Of a DNA stretch of 64,000 bases, positions 43,468 to 54,900 are shown piece after piece. Source of the stretch: Chamaesiphon sp. (lineage in GTDB: Bacteria; Cyanobacteriota; Cyanobacteriia; Cyanobacteriales; Chamaesiphonaceae); contig CBDFFH010000051.1 of the NCBI GenBank assembly GCA_965246715.1, positions 197,803-261,802 of the forward strand. The letters are read 5' to 3'. The notes below the pieces were generated by a model, which saw only the letters and a program-made list of their open reading frames with translations, made no database searches and was not told the origin of the DNA. The position numbers were made by a program, and so were the translations under genes. Position 1 is the stretch's first letter. Each line of letters begins with the position of its first letter.

Positions 43468-43635
43468 TTTATCGAGCGATGGATAGATCTTCACAGATTT
43501 GTGGGCATAGTAAGTTGCGATCGATCGTGATGGGATACCAAATTCACTACTGTTAGTACCCAGATCGTTAGTTAGGCCAAACATTTCAAAGATCGCTCTG
43601 GACAATTCGATTTCCAAGTCGCCTAACCGAGCTAA

Positions 43636-46600
43636 TTGTCGAACAGTTTCCACAACCAATTCCGCAATGTCGCTTTCGAGCAGAGCGTTGAGATGATAAT
43701 CCCAGCTAAAAACTATCAAAATAACGACTTGTTGCCCGAAGATCGAAAAATCTCGATCGATGAGAATTTGCAGCACACAGAAGTATCGACACAGATTTTA
43801 GCTGGCATCATCGCCACCCCAGCGGGTGCGAGCTTACAATTTGCAGCACTAGAACTAGTCACCTTCGACCCATTCGCAGTTGACCTCACAGCGATCGACG
43901 ATCGGCAGCTATTTGCCGCTGTCGATCGATTTAATGAGTGGATAGGGGCAAGCGGTGATGTGCCGGAGCGAACAGCTAAGCTCCTCAGCCAACTTAATGC
44001 GATCGCCTGTCAACAAGCTAGCACCAAACATGCCTATTTACTCGCACTCAAATATGCCCGCATCAGTCTGAAGTTGCTAGGAAGTGTGGTTTGGCAACAA
44101 AATGATGATAATGTTGTAACCCTCTACGAACTCGCTATCACCGCCGCAGCGCGCTGTGGTGAATTCGAGCTGATGGATGATTGGATCGATCGAGTCAGCA
44201 CGCATGTCGCTGCGCCGTCAGCACTGGTGGAAATCTGTATTATCAAAATTCAGTCATTAATCGATCGCGATCGACCCCAAGCGGCGATCCAGCTAGGCAG
44301 CCTGATGCTGGCACAACTTGATGTGCGGTTGCCTGCATCGCCGACGACGAGCGATGTCGATCGCGCCATCCAGGAAATCGATGACTTAATGCTGCATGTC
44401 TCATCAGTACTACCCATGATGACAGCGCCGCACCTGCTGGCAATCGTCAGCGTTGCGGCGAGGATGATGGGAGCGTGCTATGCGATCGATCCACATTTAT
44501 ATGCATTGCTAGTAGCCTTACAGGTAAAATTATCGATCGAGCAAGGTATTAGTGCCAGTTCGGCATACAGTTTTGCTGCTTATGCGATCCTCCTGCATCA
44601 CAACCATCAACAAGTAACAACTGCCGATCGATTTAAGCACTTAGCTTATGAGCTAGCAATCGCAGCTACAACCCAAATCGGGCAGTGGTCGATCGCCACA
44701 CGTCGCGAACAGCAGATCTCCCATTGGCAATCGCGGACATTCGCCGCGATCGGTTTATTTCTAACTCATCGCACCGCACATTTACGAGAGGCGATGCCCA
44801 TTTTCCAGGCAGGGTATCGAGCTGGATTGGAGACAGCCAGATTCACCGATGCTAGCCACAATCTCGCAGGATTGGTAGCGGCGGCGTTCTGGTGCGGCGA
44901 AAATCTGTCACAACAAGCAGCTCGCTTACTTGCCGAGCGATCGAGCGACGCTGGATCGGCGAGCAATCTACCGCAACAAACCAGCGATCGGTGCGAAATT
45001 TATCATCAAACAATCCAATTGTTATTAGGGAATTCAGTCGATCGCGAGCCGATTATTAATGAAGACTTACAATTGGCAGGTAAAGACTTAGAGTGGCGCT
45101 TCGCGTTCTATCTCCACCAAGCAATGTTGGGATTGCTGCTGGGTGATTTGTCCCAGGCGACCACCGCTACCTTGAAAGCACGAGCATGGTTGCCAGTGGT
45201 TGTAGGGTCGATCGATGAGGTAAATTATTATTTCTATGATTCGCAGATCGCGGTGGCTGCGGGTCGCGATTCACTAGCACGGGTGCGTGCCAACCAGCAG
45301 CAGTTGATACATTGGGCAAAATCTGCGCCGATGAACTATTTGCATAAGTGGCAGTTAGTTGAAGCCGAAATTTGCCGAGTTAGCGGCGATAAAGCCGGCG
45401 CGATCGAATTTTACGATCTGGCGATTGCGGGTGCGATCGCCAATGATTATCTTCAAGAAGCAGCTCTGGCTAACGAACTCGCTGCTAAATTTTATCTCAC
45501 CTGGGGTAAAGCTAAAATCGCGGCTGAATACCTCCAGTCGGCCGATCGATATTACACCCAATGGGGGGCGATCGCGAAACTCCACAACCTAGCTAGCAGT
45601 TATCCCCAGCTATTGCTGGAGGTCTCTAGTCCAACTCCACTCCCATTGATGAATGTCGGGGCTGTCGCTGACAATGGCATCAACTCAGGGGAGTTACGGC
45701 AGTTGGCTTTATCCAACTCAAAAGATTGTGCAAATCGCACGATTTTTGAATTTGATACTTATCTTCGCTCGATCGAAGCTCTCTATAGTGAAATCGACCT
45801 CGATCGGTTGTTACACAAGTTGATGGATGTAGTGGTCGAACATGCTGGGGCAGATAAGGCAGCACTGTTATTAAGTCGGGGCGGCACCTTAACGATCGCG
45901 CTGGAGTACGATAATGGCGAGCTAGAGACGCTAGATTTCGATCTACATTCATTCGATCGCGAGTATCGCCTGCCACTATTTTTGATTCGTCAAGTCCATG
46001 ACACCCAAAATATTGCCATCCATCAGGGCGATAATCATCCCGATCTAGCTAAAGATCCATATTTTGACAAGTATCAACCCCATAGCATCTTGTGTCTGCC
46101 GATCCTCAATCAGAGTAAAACAATTGGCATTTTATATTTAGAAAATTCGACTACTACTGAGGCATTTACTGCCGATCGGGTAGACTTACTGAATATTATC
46201 TGTACCCAAGCTGCAATTTCACTAGAAAATGCCCGCCTCCATCAAGAATCTCAAGCTTACGCACAACAACTCGAACAGTCGTTGCTCGATCTCCAATCTA
46301 GTAAAGCCCGCCTCCAAACGGTTGCCGATCGGATCCCTGGAGTCATCGCTCAGGTTTGTATCGGTCCAGATCGAGATGCTGAGGTGTTACGCTATATCAG
46401 CTCTGGCTGTTACGAACTATATGGAGTGACTGCTGCGGAGATCCTCGCCCAGAGCTATAGTTTGCGAAGTTTCGAGCATCCTGAAGATCGTCCCGAAATC
46501 GACCGAGCGCTCGCCCGATCTCGACAACAACTCACGCCCATTCGACTCGAATTTCGGATCGTTACGGCTAGCGGTCGGGTGAAATGGCTTTATCTGGATG

Positions 46601-47994
46601 CATCTAGCCCCGAACCGCAAGCAGACGGATCGTTTCTGGTGGAATGCGCGATTTTAGATATCAGCGAACGGCAAGTTGCGCGGCAAGAGCGCAAACAAGC
46701 CCTACTCGAACTCCAAGCCACTAACGAAGAACTGATCCGCAGTAATCGACTCAAAGACCAATTTTTGGCAAATATGAGTCATGAGTTACGTACCCCGCTC
46801 AATGCCATTTTAGGCATGACAGAGGGCTTGAAAGAGCAGGTGTTTGGCTCGATCGACTCAGCACAAGCGAGTGCGCTCGACACGATCGCCAGTAGCGGCG
46901 CACACCTATTATCCTTAATAAATGATGTGTTCGATCTGGCAAAGATCGAAGCGGGGCAATTGGAAATCCACTGTCAGCCAACTGCCATCGTGCCATTGTG
47001 CGAAGCTAGTTTGGCAGTTATCCGCCACCAAGCAGTCTGCAAACAGATTCAAGTTAGTGTCAAATTTCAAGCTAATTTACCCGATCTCTTCATCGACGAA
47101 CGACGCATCCGCCGCGTGGCGATCGATCTCCTAAATAATGCCGTCAAGTTTACACAACCAGGCGGACAAATCGACTTATCAGTAGTTTATCTAGACACCC
47201 CTGACTTTAATAACTCAGCCGAAGTTGAAGTTGCCACAACCAAGTTAGAGTTTCCTACACCCCAGCTAGAGCCGCGAGTCAGGATTACGATCTCGGATAC
47301 AGGCATCGGGATCTCGCCAGACAATCTCAAGCGACTATTTCAACCCTTTGTGCAAATCGACAGTGCCTTAAATCGTCAATTTGAAGGTACTGGCTTGGGA
47401 CTAGCTTTGGTCAAAAGAATAGTCGATCTCCATGGTGGCAGAGTAAGTGCTACCAGCGAACTCGGATTAGGTAGTAGTTTTACTGTCGATCTACCATGCG
47501 ATCCATTTGCTGGGCACTCGACCGATCTCGATCGCGACTCATCACAGGTTCAGCCGCCAATAACATCAGTAGCGATCGCTCCAGATCGCGCGCCACAGAT
47601 TTTACTAGTAGAAGATAATCCAGCTAATGTCCATACCATGTCTAGTTATCTCAGAGCCAAAGGCTTTCGCGTAATTTCGGCAGATAACGGTCGCCAAGCG
47701 ATCGATCTGGCTACATCGAAGCCACTAGATGTTATTCTAATGGATATTCGACTGCCGATTGTCGATAGTCTGACAGCGATCGCGCACATCCGCGAATTTT
47801 CTAATGTGCCGATTATCGCCCTAACTGCATTAGCGACGACTAGCAATCCTCTCGATCGAACGCCAGCAGATGGCGATCGATGTTTGGGAGCTGGTGCCAA
47901 TGAATATCTCTCAAAACCCGTCAAACTCAAGCAATTGACAACGATAATCCAGCAACTACTAACAGCGAAGCATCATGCGCCGAGTAGTAACTAA
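43636..47994 (+). CDS. Hybrid sensor histidine kinase: helical (TPR-like) region-GAF-PAS-HisKA-HATPase-REC; N-terminally truncated relative of the STK-AAA-HK family
   Basis: APMNYLHKW...EAALANELAA...WGA region shared with 51938..57769; GAF (SILCLP...ILYLEN); PAS (HPEDR); SHELRTPL; REC ILMDI; start uncertain (TTG 43636 or ATG 43693). Confidence 0.9.
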   Translation: MSNSFHNQFRNVAFEQSVEMIIPAKNYQNNDLLPEDRKISIDENLQHTEVSTQILAGIIATPAGASLQFAALELVTFDPFAVDLTAIDDRQLFAAVDRFNEWIGASGDVPERTAKLLSQLNAIACQQASTKHAYLLALKYARISLKLLGSVVWQQNDDNVVTLYELAITAAARCGEFELMDDWIDRVSTHVAAPSALVEICIIKIQSLIDRDRPQAAIQLGSLMLAQLDVRLPASPTTSDVDRAIQEIDDLMLHVSSVLPMMTAPHLLAIVSVAARMMGACYAIDPHLYALLVALQVKLSIEQGISASSAYSFAAYAILLHHNHQQVTTADRFKHLAYELAIAATTQIGQWSIATRREQQISHWQSRTFAAIGLFLTHRTAHLREAMPIFQAGYRAGLETARFTDASHNLAGLVAAAFWCGENLSQQAARLLAERSSDAGSASNLPQQTSDRCEIYHQTIQLLLGNSVDREPIINEDLQLAGKDLEWRFAFYLHQAMLGLLLGDLSQATTATLKARAWLPVVVGSIDEVNYYFYDSQIAVAAGRDSLARVRANQQQLIHWAKSAPMNYLHKWQLVEAEICRVSGDKAGAIEFYDLAIAGAIANDYLQEAALANELAAKFYLTWGKAKIAAEYLQSADRYYTQWGAIAKLHNLASSYPQLLLEVSSPTPLPLMNVGAVADNGINSGELRQLALSNSKDCANRTIFEFDTYLRSIEALYSEIDLDRLLHKLMDVVVEHAGADKAALLLSRGGTLTIALEYDNGELETLDFDLHSFDREYRLPLFLIRQVHDTQNIAIHQGDNHPDLAKDPYFDKYQPHSILCLPILNQSKTIGILYLENSTTTEAFTADRVDLLNIICTQAAISLENARLHQESQAYAQQLEQSLLDLQSSKARLQTVADRIPGVIAQVCIGPDRDAEVLRYISSGCYELYGVTAAEILAQSYSLRSFEHPEDRPEIDRALARSRQQLTPIRLEFRIVTASGRVKWLYLDASSPEPQADGSFLVECAILDISERQVARQERKQALLELQATNEELIRSNRLKDQFLANMSHELRTPLNAILGMTEGLKEQVFGSIDSAQASALDTIASSGAHLLSLINDVFDLAKIEAGQLEIHCQPTAIVPLCEASLAVIRHQAVCKQIQVSVKFQANLPDLFIDERRIRRVAIDLLNNAVKFTQPGGQIDLSVVYLDTPDFNNSAEVEVATTKLEFPTPQLEPRVRITISDTGIGISPDNLKRLFQPFVQIDSALNRQFEGTGLGLALVKRIVDLHGGRVSATSELGLGSSFTVDLPCDPFAGHSTDLDRDSSQVQPPITSVAIAPDRAPQILLVEDNPANVHTMSSYLRAKGFRVISADNGRQAIDLATSKPLDVILMDIRLPIVDSLTAIAHIREFSNVPIIALTALATTSNPLDRTPADGDRCLGAGANEYLSKPVKLKQLTTIIQQLLTAKHHAPSSN

Positions 47995-48348
47995 CCCAAG
48001 TTGCTACCGATAATCTCTGGCGCAGTGATTTCCCCACAAGTCAGCAAAATCTTGTAGTAATAGCTAGAATCTCAGTAAATTTGGGCAACATATATATAGA
48101 TAAAGCTATTATCTCCCGAGATCGAGGATTGGATCCACTCAGGTATCTAGAACTTGTAGGGATGTGCCGATGGAACTTCTAAGCCGACTAGCGATCGAGA
48201 TCTGTACCGATCGTTGGTACGGCAGATCGGATCGGCAGCCAGCGGATCTTGTTCGCTGGCTCGTGGAAACTTGTCCTGGCCTCACTCAGCATCTAAAATT
48301 TCAGTCATGACTACTCCAGTCAGTTTTCGCTGCATAGGATCGCCATAA

Positions 48349-50340
48349 ATGAATCAACCCTCTGTTTTAATCGTTGATGACGAACCCGATAACTTTGATG
48401 TGATCGAAGCACTACTGGGCGATTGCGGGTATGACTTGCATTATGCTGTCGATGGACGACACGCGATCGACTCGCTCGATATTTTCCAACCCGATCTGTT
48501 GTTACTAGATGTGATGATGCCCAATGTCGATGGGCTAGAAGTATGTCAGTGGATGAATGACAATCCGCGCTGGAAATTTACGCCGATCGTTATCGTTACA
48601 GCACTCAATAGTAAAGAGGATCTGGCTCGATGCTTGGCAGCGGGTGCAGATGATTTTGTGAGTAAACCAGTCAATCGACTAGAGCTAAGAGCGAGGATAA
48701 ATTCGATGCTCAGGATCAAGCGCCAACACGATCTGCTCCAAACCGCGATCGTCGAGATCGAGCAGGCCAAAGCGGCAGCAGAAGCCGCTACCAAAGCTAA
48801 ATCTGACTTCCTAGCGATGATGAGTCATGAGATTCGCACGCCAATTACTAGCGTGCTGGGGATGACACAATTACTCGCTACGACCCCATTAACCGCCCAA
48901 CAACAAAAATACGTCCAGACCACCCAAGTCAGTGGTGAAATGCTCCTCTGTACGATCGATGATATTTTAGACTTTTCAAAAATCGAGTCGGGGCAACTCG
49001 CATTGGAGCAGCGCCCACTAGATCTCCATCAGTTACTCCAAGATATCGTCGATCTCCTCGCTCCCAAAGCGAGCGCTCAAAAGCTCGAGCTTACCTCCAC
49101 TCTAACTGCTGATGTGCCGCAGTACATCGTCAGCGATGTGACGCGGTTGCGACAAGTCCTCCTCAATCTGGTTAACAATGCAATCAAGTTTACACCCACA
49201 GGATCGGTAACGATCTCTTGTCAGACCAGCCTTACCGCTGTGGGACAGCACGAACTGCACTTTTCCGTCACCGATACTGGGATTGGGATTGCAGCAGAAG
49301 ATATCGATCGGTTATTTCAACCATTTACACAAGCAAGTATCTCTACCACCCGCGAATATGGGGGGACGGGATTGGGGCTGACGATTTGCCGACGGCTGAT
49401 CGAGATGATGCAAGGCAAAATTTGGATCGAGAGCAACCTCGGTCGGGGTACTACCTTTCATTTTACGCTCGTCACAGCGCCGAGCGATGCGCTGTCAGCA
49501 CAACTGTGTCAACAGCGTGCCGTGCCACTAGCGGCAACGAGCAAGCAGCGTCAATTGGGGATGGCAATGCCGTTATCGATTTTAATCGCCGACGATAATC
49601 AGATCGCCCGAGAATTAGCCGTCGCGATGTTCGAGCAAATGGGTTATACCCCCGACATCGTGAAAAATGGACTCGAAGTTATCGCCGCAGTTCGCGCTAA
49701 ATTCTATGACATGCTCTTTTTAGACTTACATATGCCCGAGTTAGATGGGTTAGCAACTGTTAAATATCTAATGAAAGAGTGGGGAAATTTCGGATTGACA
49801 TATCATCGTCCCAAGATCGTGGCGATGACAGCGAATGCCCTGCAAGGAGATCGAGAAATCTGTCTGGCAGCAGGGATGGACGATTATGTAAGTAAACCCG
49901 TGTTGGTAGATACTTTAGAACGAGTGCTGTGGCGATGGGGGCAGCCAGATAGCTCGTTGCCAGAGCTATCGATAATCGCATCAAAGATCTTATCGTTCGA
50001 TCGTTTCGATCGAACGGCGATCGAGCGCCTGAGCGAAGTTAGCCCAACTTTACCCCAGCGATTGATTTCCCTCTTTCTCAACGAGGAAGCTCCCAAATTG
50101 TTGGAGTTGCTCGCCGCATCGCTCCAGGGTGGCGATTTTGCCGCAATTCGCACTGCGGCGCATACGTTTGGCGGCACGAGCAACGCATTGGGCGCGCGGA
50201 GACTGGCATATTTATGCCAACAATTAGAAACAAATGGCGCTTTGGAGGCGCTCGATAGTATCGAGCGCCAGATTTCCCAGATCGCGATGGAATACCAACT
50301 AGTGCAGCGGGAACTAGTGCAGCTGATAGCTCCGAGCTAA
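48349..50340 (+). CDS. Hybrid histidine kinase REC-HisKA-HATPase-REC-Hpt
   Basis: LLLDVMMP; SHEIRTP; NAIKFT, DTGIGI, GGTGLGL; FLDLHMP; Hpt AAHTFGG. Confidence 0.93.
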   Translation: MNQPSVLIVDDEPDNFDVIEALLGDCGYDLHYAVDGRHAIDSLDIFQPDLLLLDVMMPNVDGLEVCQWMNDNPRWKFTPIVIVTALNSKEDLARCLAAGADDFVSKPVNRLELRARINSMLRIKRQHDLLQTAIVEIEQAKAAAEAATKAKSDFLAMMSHEIRTPITSVLGMTQLLATTPLTAQQQKYVQTTQVSGEMLLCTIDDILDFSKIESGQLALEQRPLDLHQLLQDIVDLLAPKASAQKLELTSTLTADVPQYIVSDVTRLRQVLLNLVNNAIKFTPTGSVTISCQTSLTAVGQHELHFSVTDTGIGIAAEDIDRLFQPFTQASISTTREYGGTGLGLTICRRLIEMMQGKIWIESNLGRGTTFHFTLVTAPSDALSAQLCQQRAVPLAATSKQRQLGMAMPLSILIADDNQIARELAVAMFEQMGYTPDIVKNGLEVIAAVRAKFYDMLFLDLHMPELDGLATVKYLMKEWGNFGLTYHRPKIVAMTANALQGDREICLAAGMDDYVSKPVLVDTLERVLWRWGQPDSSLPELSIIASKILSFDRFDRTAIERLSEVSPTLPQRLISLFLNEEAPKLLELLAASLQGGDFAAIRTAAHTFGGTSNALGARRLAYLCQQLETNGALEALDSIERQISQIAMEYQLVQRELVQLIAPS

Positions 50341-50396
50341 AACCGAGCGCTTGGCAATTGTTATTTTAAAAATTAGTACTCCAGGAAATAATTAAG

Positions 50397-51542
50397 ATGA
50401 GTAAATATTCAATTTTAGTAATAGACGATGAACCCGATAACTTTGACGTAATCGAGGCACTTTTAGCCGATTTGCCAGGGGCGACGCTTCAGGAACGGGA
50501 CTATACCTTGCACTATGCTAGTGGCGGTCAAGAGGCGATTGCAGCACTCGATCGCTTCGATCCCGATGCGATCTTACTCGATGCGATGATGCCCGATCTC
50601 GATGGCTTTGAAGTTTGTCAGCGGATCAAGGCGATGCCCAGGTGGCAAGCCGTACCGATTATTATGGTAACCGCACTGTCTAGCAAGGAAGATCTCTCGC
50701 GTTGTATGGCTGTTGGTGCGGATGACTTTATTGCCAAGCCTGTCAACAGTATCGAATTGCGGGCGAGACTCCAATCGATGCTACGGATCAAAAAACAGCA
50801 CGATCGGATTCAGTCGCTCTCAAAACTCCAGCGTAACAATATCCATTTCTTGGAAAATAATCTCAATGAATTACGGTTGGACTTGGCGGCGGGGTTTCCG
50901 AATGAATTAAATGTCGCGCTTCAGCATATCTCAGAGAATATTAGTATGACACAGCAGCATCGGCATAAAATGAGTGCCGAGGAGGTAGATTTGTCATTGG
51001 CAACGATCGAACGAGCGGCAGTAAAACTGGATAAATTACATCAAGCATTTTTATTCTATCTCCAGCTAACATTAGCAGTTAAAGATCGCAAGCACGATCG
51101 AGTCTGCGCTCCAAAAATGTCGATCGAGCAGATTGCTATTTTACAATCCGATCGCCTCAAGCCATCGCCTACTTTGGTATTCGATCTCGAAGATTCACAA
51201 GTGGCAGTTACGCCCCAACACATGCAGTATATAGTTGCCGAACTATTCGACAACGCTCTGAATACAGCTAAGTTTCATGCTGAAATTCATGTTCATGGTC
51301 GAGAGATCGATGGTGCTTTTCATTTCTGGATCGATGACTGTGAAATAGCCGATCTAGATCGGAATAATTCAAAGCTCTCAGAGTTAATCCGGTTCAACTC
51401 TAGTAAGCATGAAGAACAAGATTTAGGGATGAGATTAAAAATTGTTAAAAAGATCGTTGAAATATATGATGGACTGTTTTTGCTGGCTAATACCGAGCGA
51501 GATAATACCACAATTTATATTGCATTACCGTTAGCAAGATAA
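50397..51542 (+). CDS. Response regulator REC fused to a degenerate (pseudo) histidine kinase domain
   Basis: Intact REC (LLDAMMP, KP); H-box reads PNELNVAL; G boxes eroded (DLGMRLKIVKKIVE). Confidence 0.85.
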   Translation: MSKYSILVIDDEPDNFDVIEALLADLPGATLQERDYTLHYASGGQEAIAALDRFDPDAILLDAMMPDLDGFEVCQRIKAMPRWQAVPIIMVTALSSKEDLSRCMAVGADDFIAKPVNSIELRARLQSMLRIKKQHDRIQSLSKLQRNNIHFLENNLNELRLDLAAGFPNELNVALQHISENISMTQQHRHKMSAEEVDLSLATIERAAVKLDKLHQAFLFYLQLTLAVKDRKHDRVCAPKMSIEQIAILQSDRLKPSPTLVFDLEDSQVAVTPQHMQYIVAELFDNALNTAKFHAEIHVHGREIDGAFHFWIDDCEIADLDRNNSKLSELIRFNSSKHEEQDLGMRLKIVKKIVEIYDGLFLLANTERDNTTIYIALPLAR

Positions 51543-51582
51543 GATAATATCAAACCACAATATCGGTCGATATTATTAGTAG

Positions 51583-51650
51583 AGGAGCTAAATGAGTAGG
51601 ATGTTAGCAAGATCGATCCCGATCGCTACCTACTCATTTAGCTCCTTTTT
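51583..51650 (+). terminator. Rho-independent terminator between the convergent signalling genes
   Basis: 18-bp arms AGGAGCTAAATGAGTAGG / CCTACTCATTTAGCTCCT followed by TTTT. Confidence 0.7.
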
Positions 51651-51699
51651 AAGAGAACTTAGCACCTTAGTCGATCGAAACTAAAAACTTTTAAATACT

Positions 51700-51940
51700 T
51701 AACGTGAGTTCGGGTTAAAGATGTCCACTTAATGACTCCTAGCTTCGTTTCTGAACCGCCCTCAAATGAATTAGTTGCTCATAGCAAAAGTTCTCTTCAG
51801 AGAACTGCCCAATTGATTAGTTCGTTTCAACGAACTTTTGCTATTAGCCCGTTGGCGTAGCCTTTCGGAACGAAACACTTATAGTTCAGGGCGGTGCTTG
51901 AACGGAGCAGATCGATTTTCCTTATCCCGAACTCACGTTA
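51700..51940. repeat. Family A TIR element with a different internal palindromic cargo
   Basis: TAACGTGAGTTCGGG...CCCGAACTCACGTTA ends; interior ATAGCAAAAGTTC...GAACTTTTGCTAT and CCGCCCT...AGGGCGG arms. Confidence 0.85.
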
Positions 51941-54900
51941 TTTATTGACAACTTGCTGAATATTGTTTAGACAATCTTGAACCGCTTGGGAGATCGCTTT
52001 GAGTCCGATCGGTCTACTGAGATAGCAATTTACTCCGGCTGCCACATAGCGATTTTTCAGTTCCATAGCAGCAGATAGATCGCCCGAATCCGACTCCACA
52101 CCATCACTTTCTCGCGCTAACGTAGCGATAACAATAATGGGTAAATCTGCAAATTGAGGGTCTCGGCGTAATCGATCGATTGCCACAAAATTAGCTAGCT
52201 CCGACTGTCTCAGCTCGATTACAATTATGTCAGGTAAATTGAATCCGTTTGGGGCGATCGCCGCTTGACTATCGGATGCTGTAACTATTTTGTAACCTTT
52301 AGCTCGCAAATAACTAGATGTGGTCTGAATATTGGCTGCGTTATCATCGATAAACAAGATTGTCGGTGCAGTTTTCATGGGTAAATCGCTCGTTATTGCA
52401 CGAGCATCAGGATTAGGATCTGGAGTTAACGCGAAGACAAAGGGGAGATCGCTACAGGGCAAATGGATCGCAAAACAACTACCGATATCGATTTCGCTAC
52501 TAGCTGTGATTTGCCCGCCATGTAATTCAACAATCTGCTTGACTAGATTCAACCCCAATCCCGTACCTTGCGCTTTGCGGTTTAAGGCACTATCGATTTG
52601 GATGAAAGGTTTGAATAGTTTTCCTAAATTTTCGGCGCTAATTCCGATCCCAGTATCGATTACTGCAATGCGGATCGCTGAGGTATTACCACCCGTTTGC
52701 TCTAGAGACATTTGGGTTACTTCTAAGGAGACTTTCCCACCACTGGGAGTAAATTTGACGGCGTTGTTGAGCAAATTGATTAAAACTTGGCGAATTCGGC
52801 GTTCGTCCACCACGAGACTAGGTAGGTGGGGATGGATTTTCACCGCTAATTGAATCTGTTTTTTAACTGCCTGCGGCTCGATCAATAGCAGGCTGGAGCT
52901 ACACAGCAGCTCGATATCGACCGGCGTACAATGTAGTTCTAACTTGCCAGCTTCAATTTTGGCAATATCGAGAATGTCATCGATCAATTCTAGTAAGTGA
53001 GTGCCACCACGTTCGATCGTCTGCAAATACTGAAGCTGTCGCTCGTTCATCGCCCCAATCGACTGCCCTCGGAGTGCCTCTGACATCCCCAGAATGGCAT
53101 TGAGCGGAGTGCGGAGTTCGTGACTCATAAAGTTGAAAAAGTCAGTCTTGGCTTTGTTGGCGCGTTCGGCTTCTTCTTTAGCGGCGGTGAGTTCGATCGT
53201 CCGTTCGACTACGCGTTGTTCGAGCTGTTCCATCGATGCTTTGACTTTACCGTAGAGTTTGGCATTCTCGATCGAAATTGCTGCCTGAGCGACTAATAAT
53301 TGGAGAATGTTAATGCGATCGTGTGTAAAAGCATCTGTCGTCAGTTGATTTTCTAAGTACAAGATCCCGACTAGATGACTTTGATGTAAAATCGGCAGAC
53401 AGAGAATGCTTTTTGGCTGATGTTGCTGGAGGTATAAATCTCCAGAAAGCTCGGCTTCTTCGGTAGCATTAACTAAGATCAGTGGCTTCAAACCATTCTT
53501 TACTTTATTTACCAAACTCATCACCAGCTCGGTGCTAGCACTGAGCGGGATCGGCGATATTAACTGTGGTTTCTGCCCGATTTCTACCTTGGCAATTACC
53601 TGCAACTCATTTTCCGCTTGCAGTAATAGAACGCACTTATCCGCTCCAGCATTGGCAATTACAATATTTAAGAGATTGACGATCGTGCGATCGATTTCAA
53701 TCTCTTCGGAAATAGTTTGAGAGGCTTTCAGGATGGTAGCCAAATCTAAAAATTCTGAGCTACTAACAAAAGTTTCTCCTAGACTCAATATTTCTGAGTC
53801 TGAGACATCTGCGCGATCCACAGCTAATATCGATGTGAGGAATTGAGGATAAAGTTCGATAAGTTGCGCTACTTTTGCGAGCGCACCCCAACGAGTGTAA
53901 CCATAATACGCCTCAACTAGATAAGCTCCAGCGATTTTGGGTTTACCCCAGTCTAGATAAAACTTAGCAGCTAATTCGTTGGCTAGAGCTTCTTCATGGA
54001 GAAATTGATGTTCTTTCGCACCATCAATGGCGAGATCGTAATGTTCGATTGCGTCAGCTTTATTACCCAATACCCGCTGTTTTTCGGCTTCGATGAGCTG
54101 CCATTTATGCCGATAATTCATCGGTGCGGTTTGCGCCCACAGATCGATCGTCGATTGATGAGTTTCTACTTGGGAGAGCCTTTCATCCCGTGCTGATTCG
54201 CATAGAGCTAATTGCGTCAGAGCTGCATAAAAATGGAATACCGGAACTGGAATCATCCCTGAGAGTGCCTGTAAATACTGTTCTGCGTTGGTAATATTCT
54301 CTAGGGCAGAGGTATGCTTACCAAATAAATAAGCCAGCATCAATTTGTAAATATAAGCATAGGCAAGAGCCGTGCGATCGCCATCTTGCCGATGCTTGGG
54401 CAGCATCATCGTCTCATCATAGGCATTACCGATTAGAGCATCTGTCCGATTCTTACTTGTCATCAAGTTTTGGGCTATTTGCTGCTTCATTAATAGACAA
54501 GATCGAGCAGAGTATTGTTTTATTCGTTCTAAATCATTACTATAAGGTACTATCTCTAGCTCCCAACTATTCAACTCTACTCCACAGAGGAGGTTGGCAT
54601 CGAAGTAAAAACCGATACAATATCCAGCAATGAGCAACTCACCGACATTCATGCTATCGATATAAGCATTTTTGATGATCGGGATGATGATTGAAATCGG
54701 TTCTCGGCGATGCTGAATCCAGTTCGCAAATAAAAATGAAACTCTACCCTTAAATTCTTGGGCATTAAAGCGCTCTACTATCGCTAGCGCTAATTTACCA
54801 AAACTATAACCAGCGTCAATATCGCTGAAAAATGCACTCAGCACTAAACCATGATTGATATATCCTATTGCTGATGCTGATGAATTTCCGCATCGGAGCG

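Noticed and set aside
43249..43776. ORFs 43249..43452 and 43465..43776
   Set aside because: The first is a translation of the repeat element; the second overlaps the kinase start antisense and has no protein-like features.
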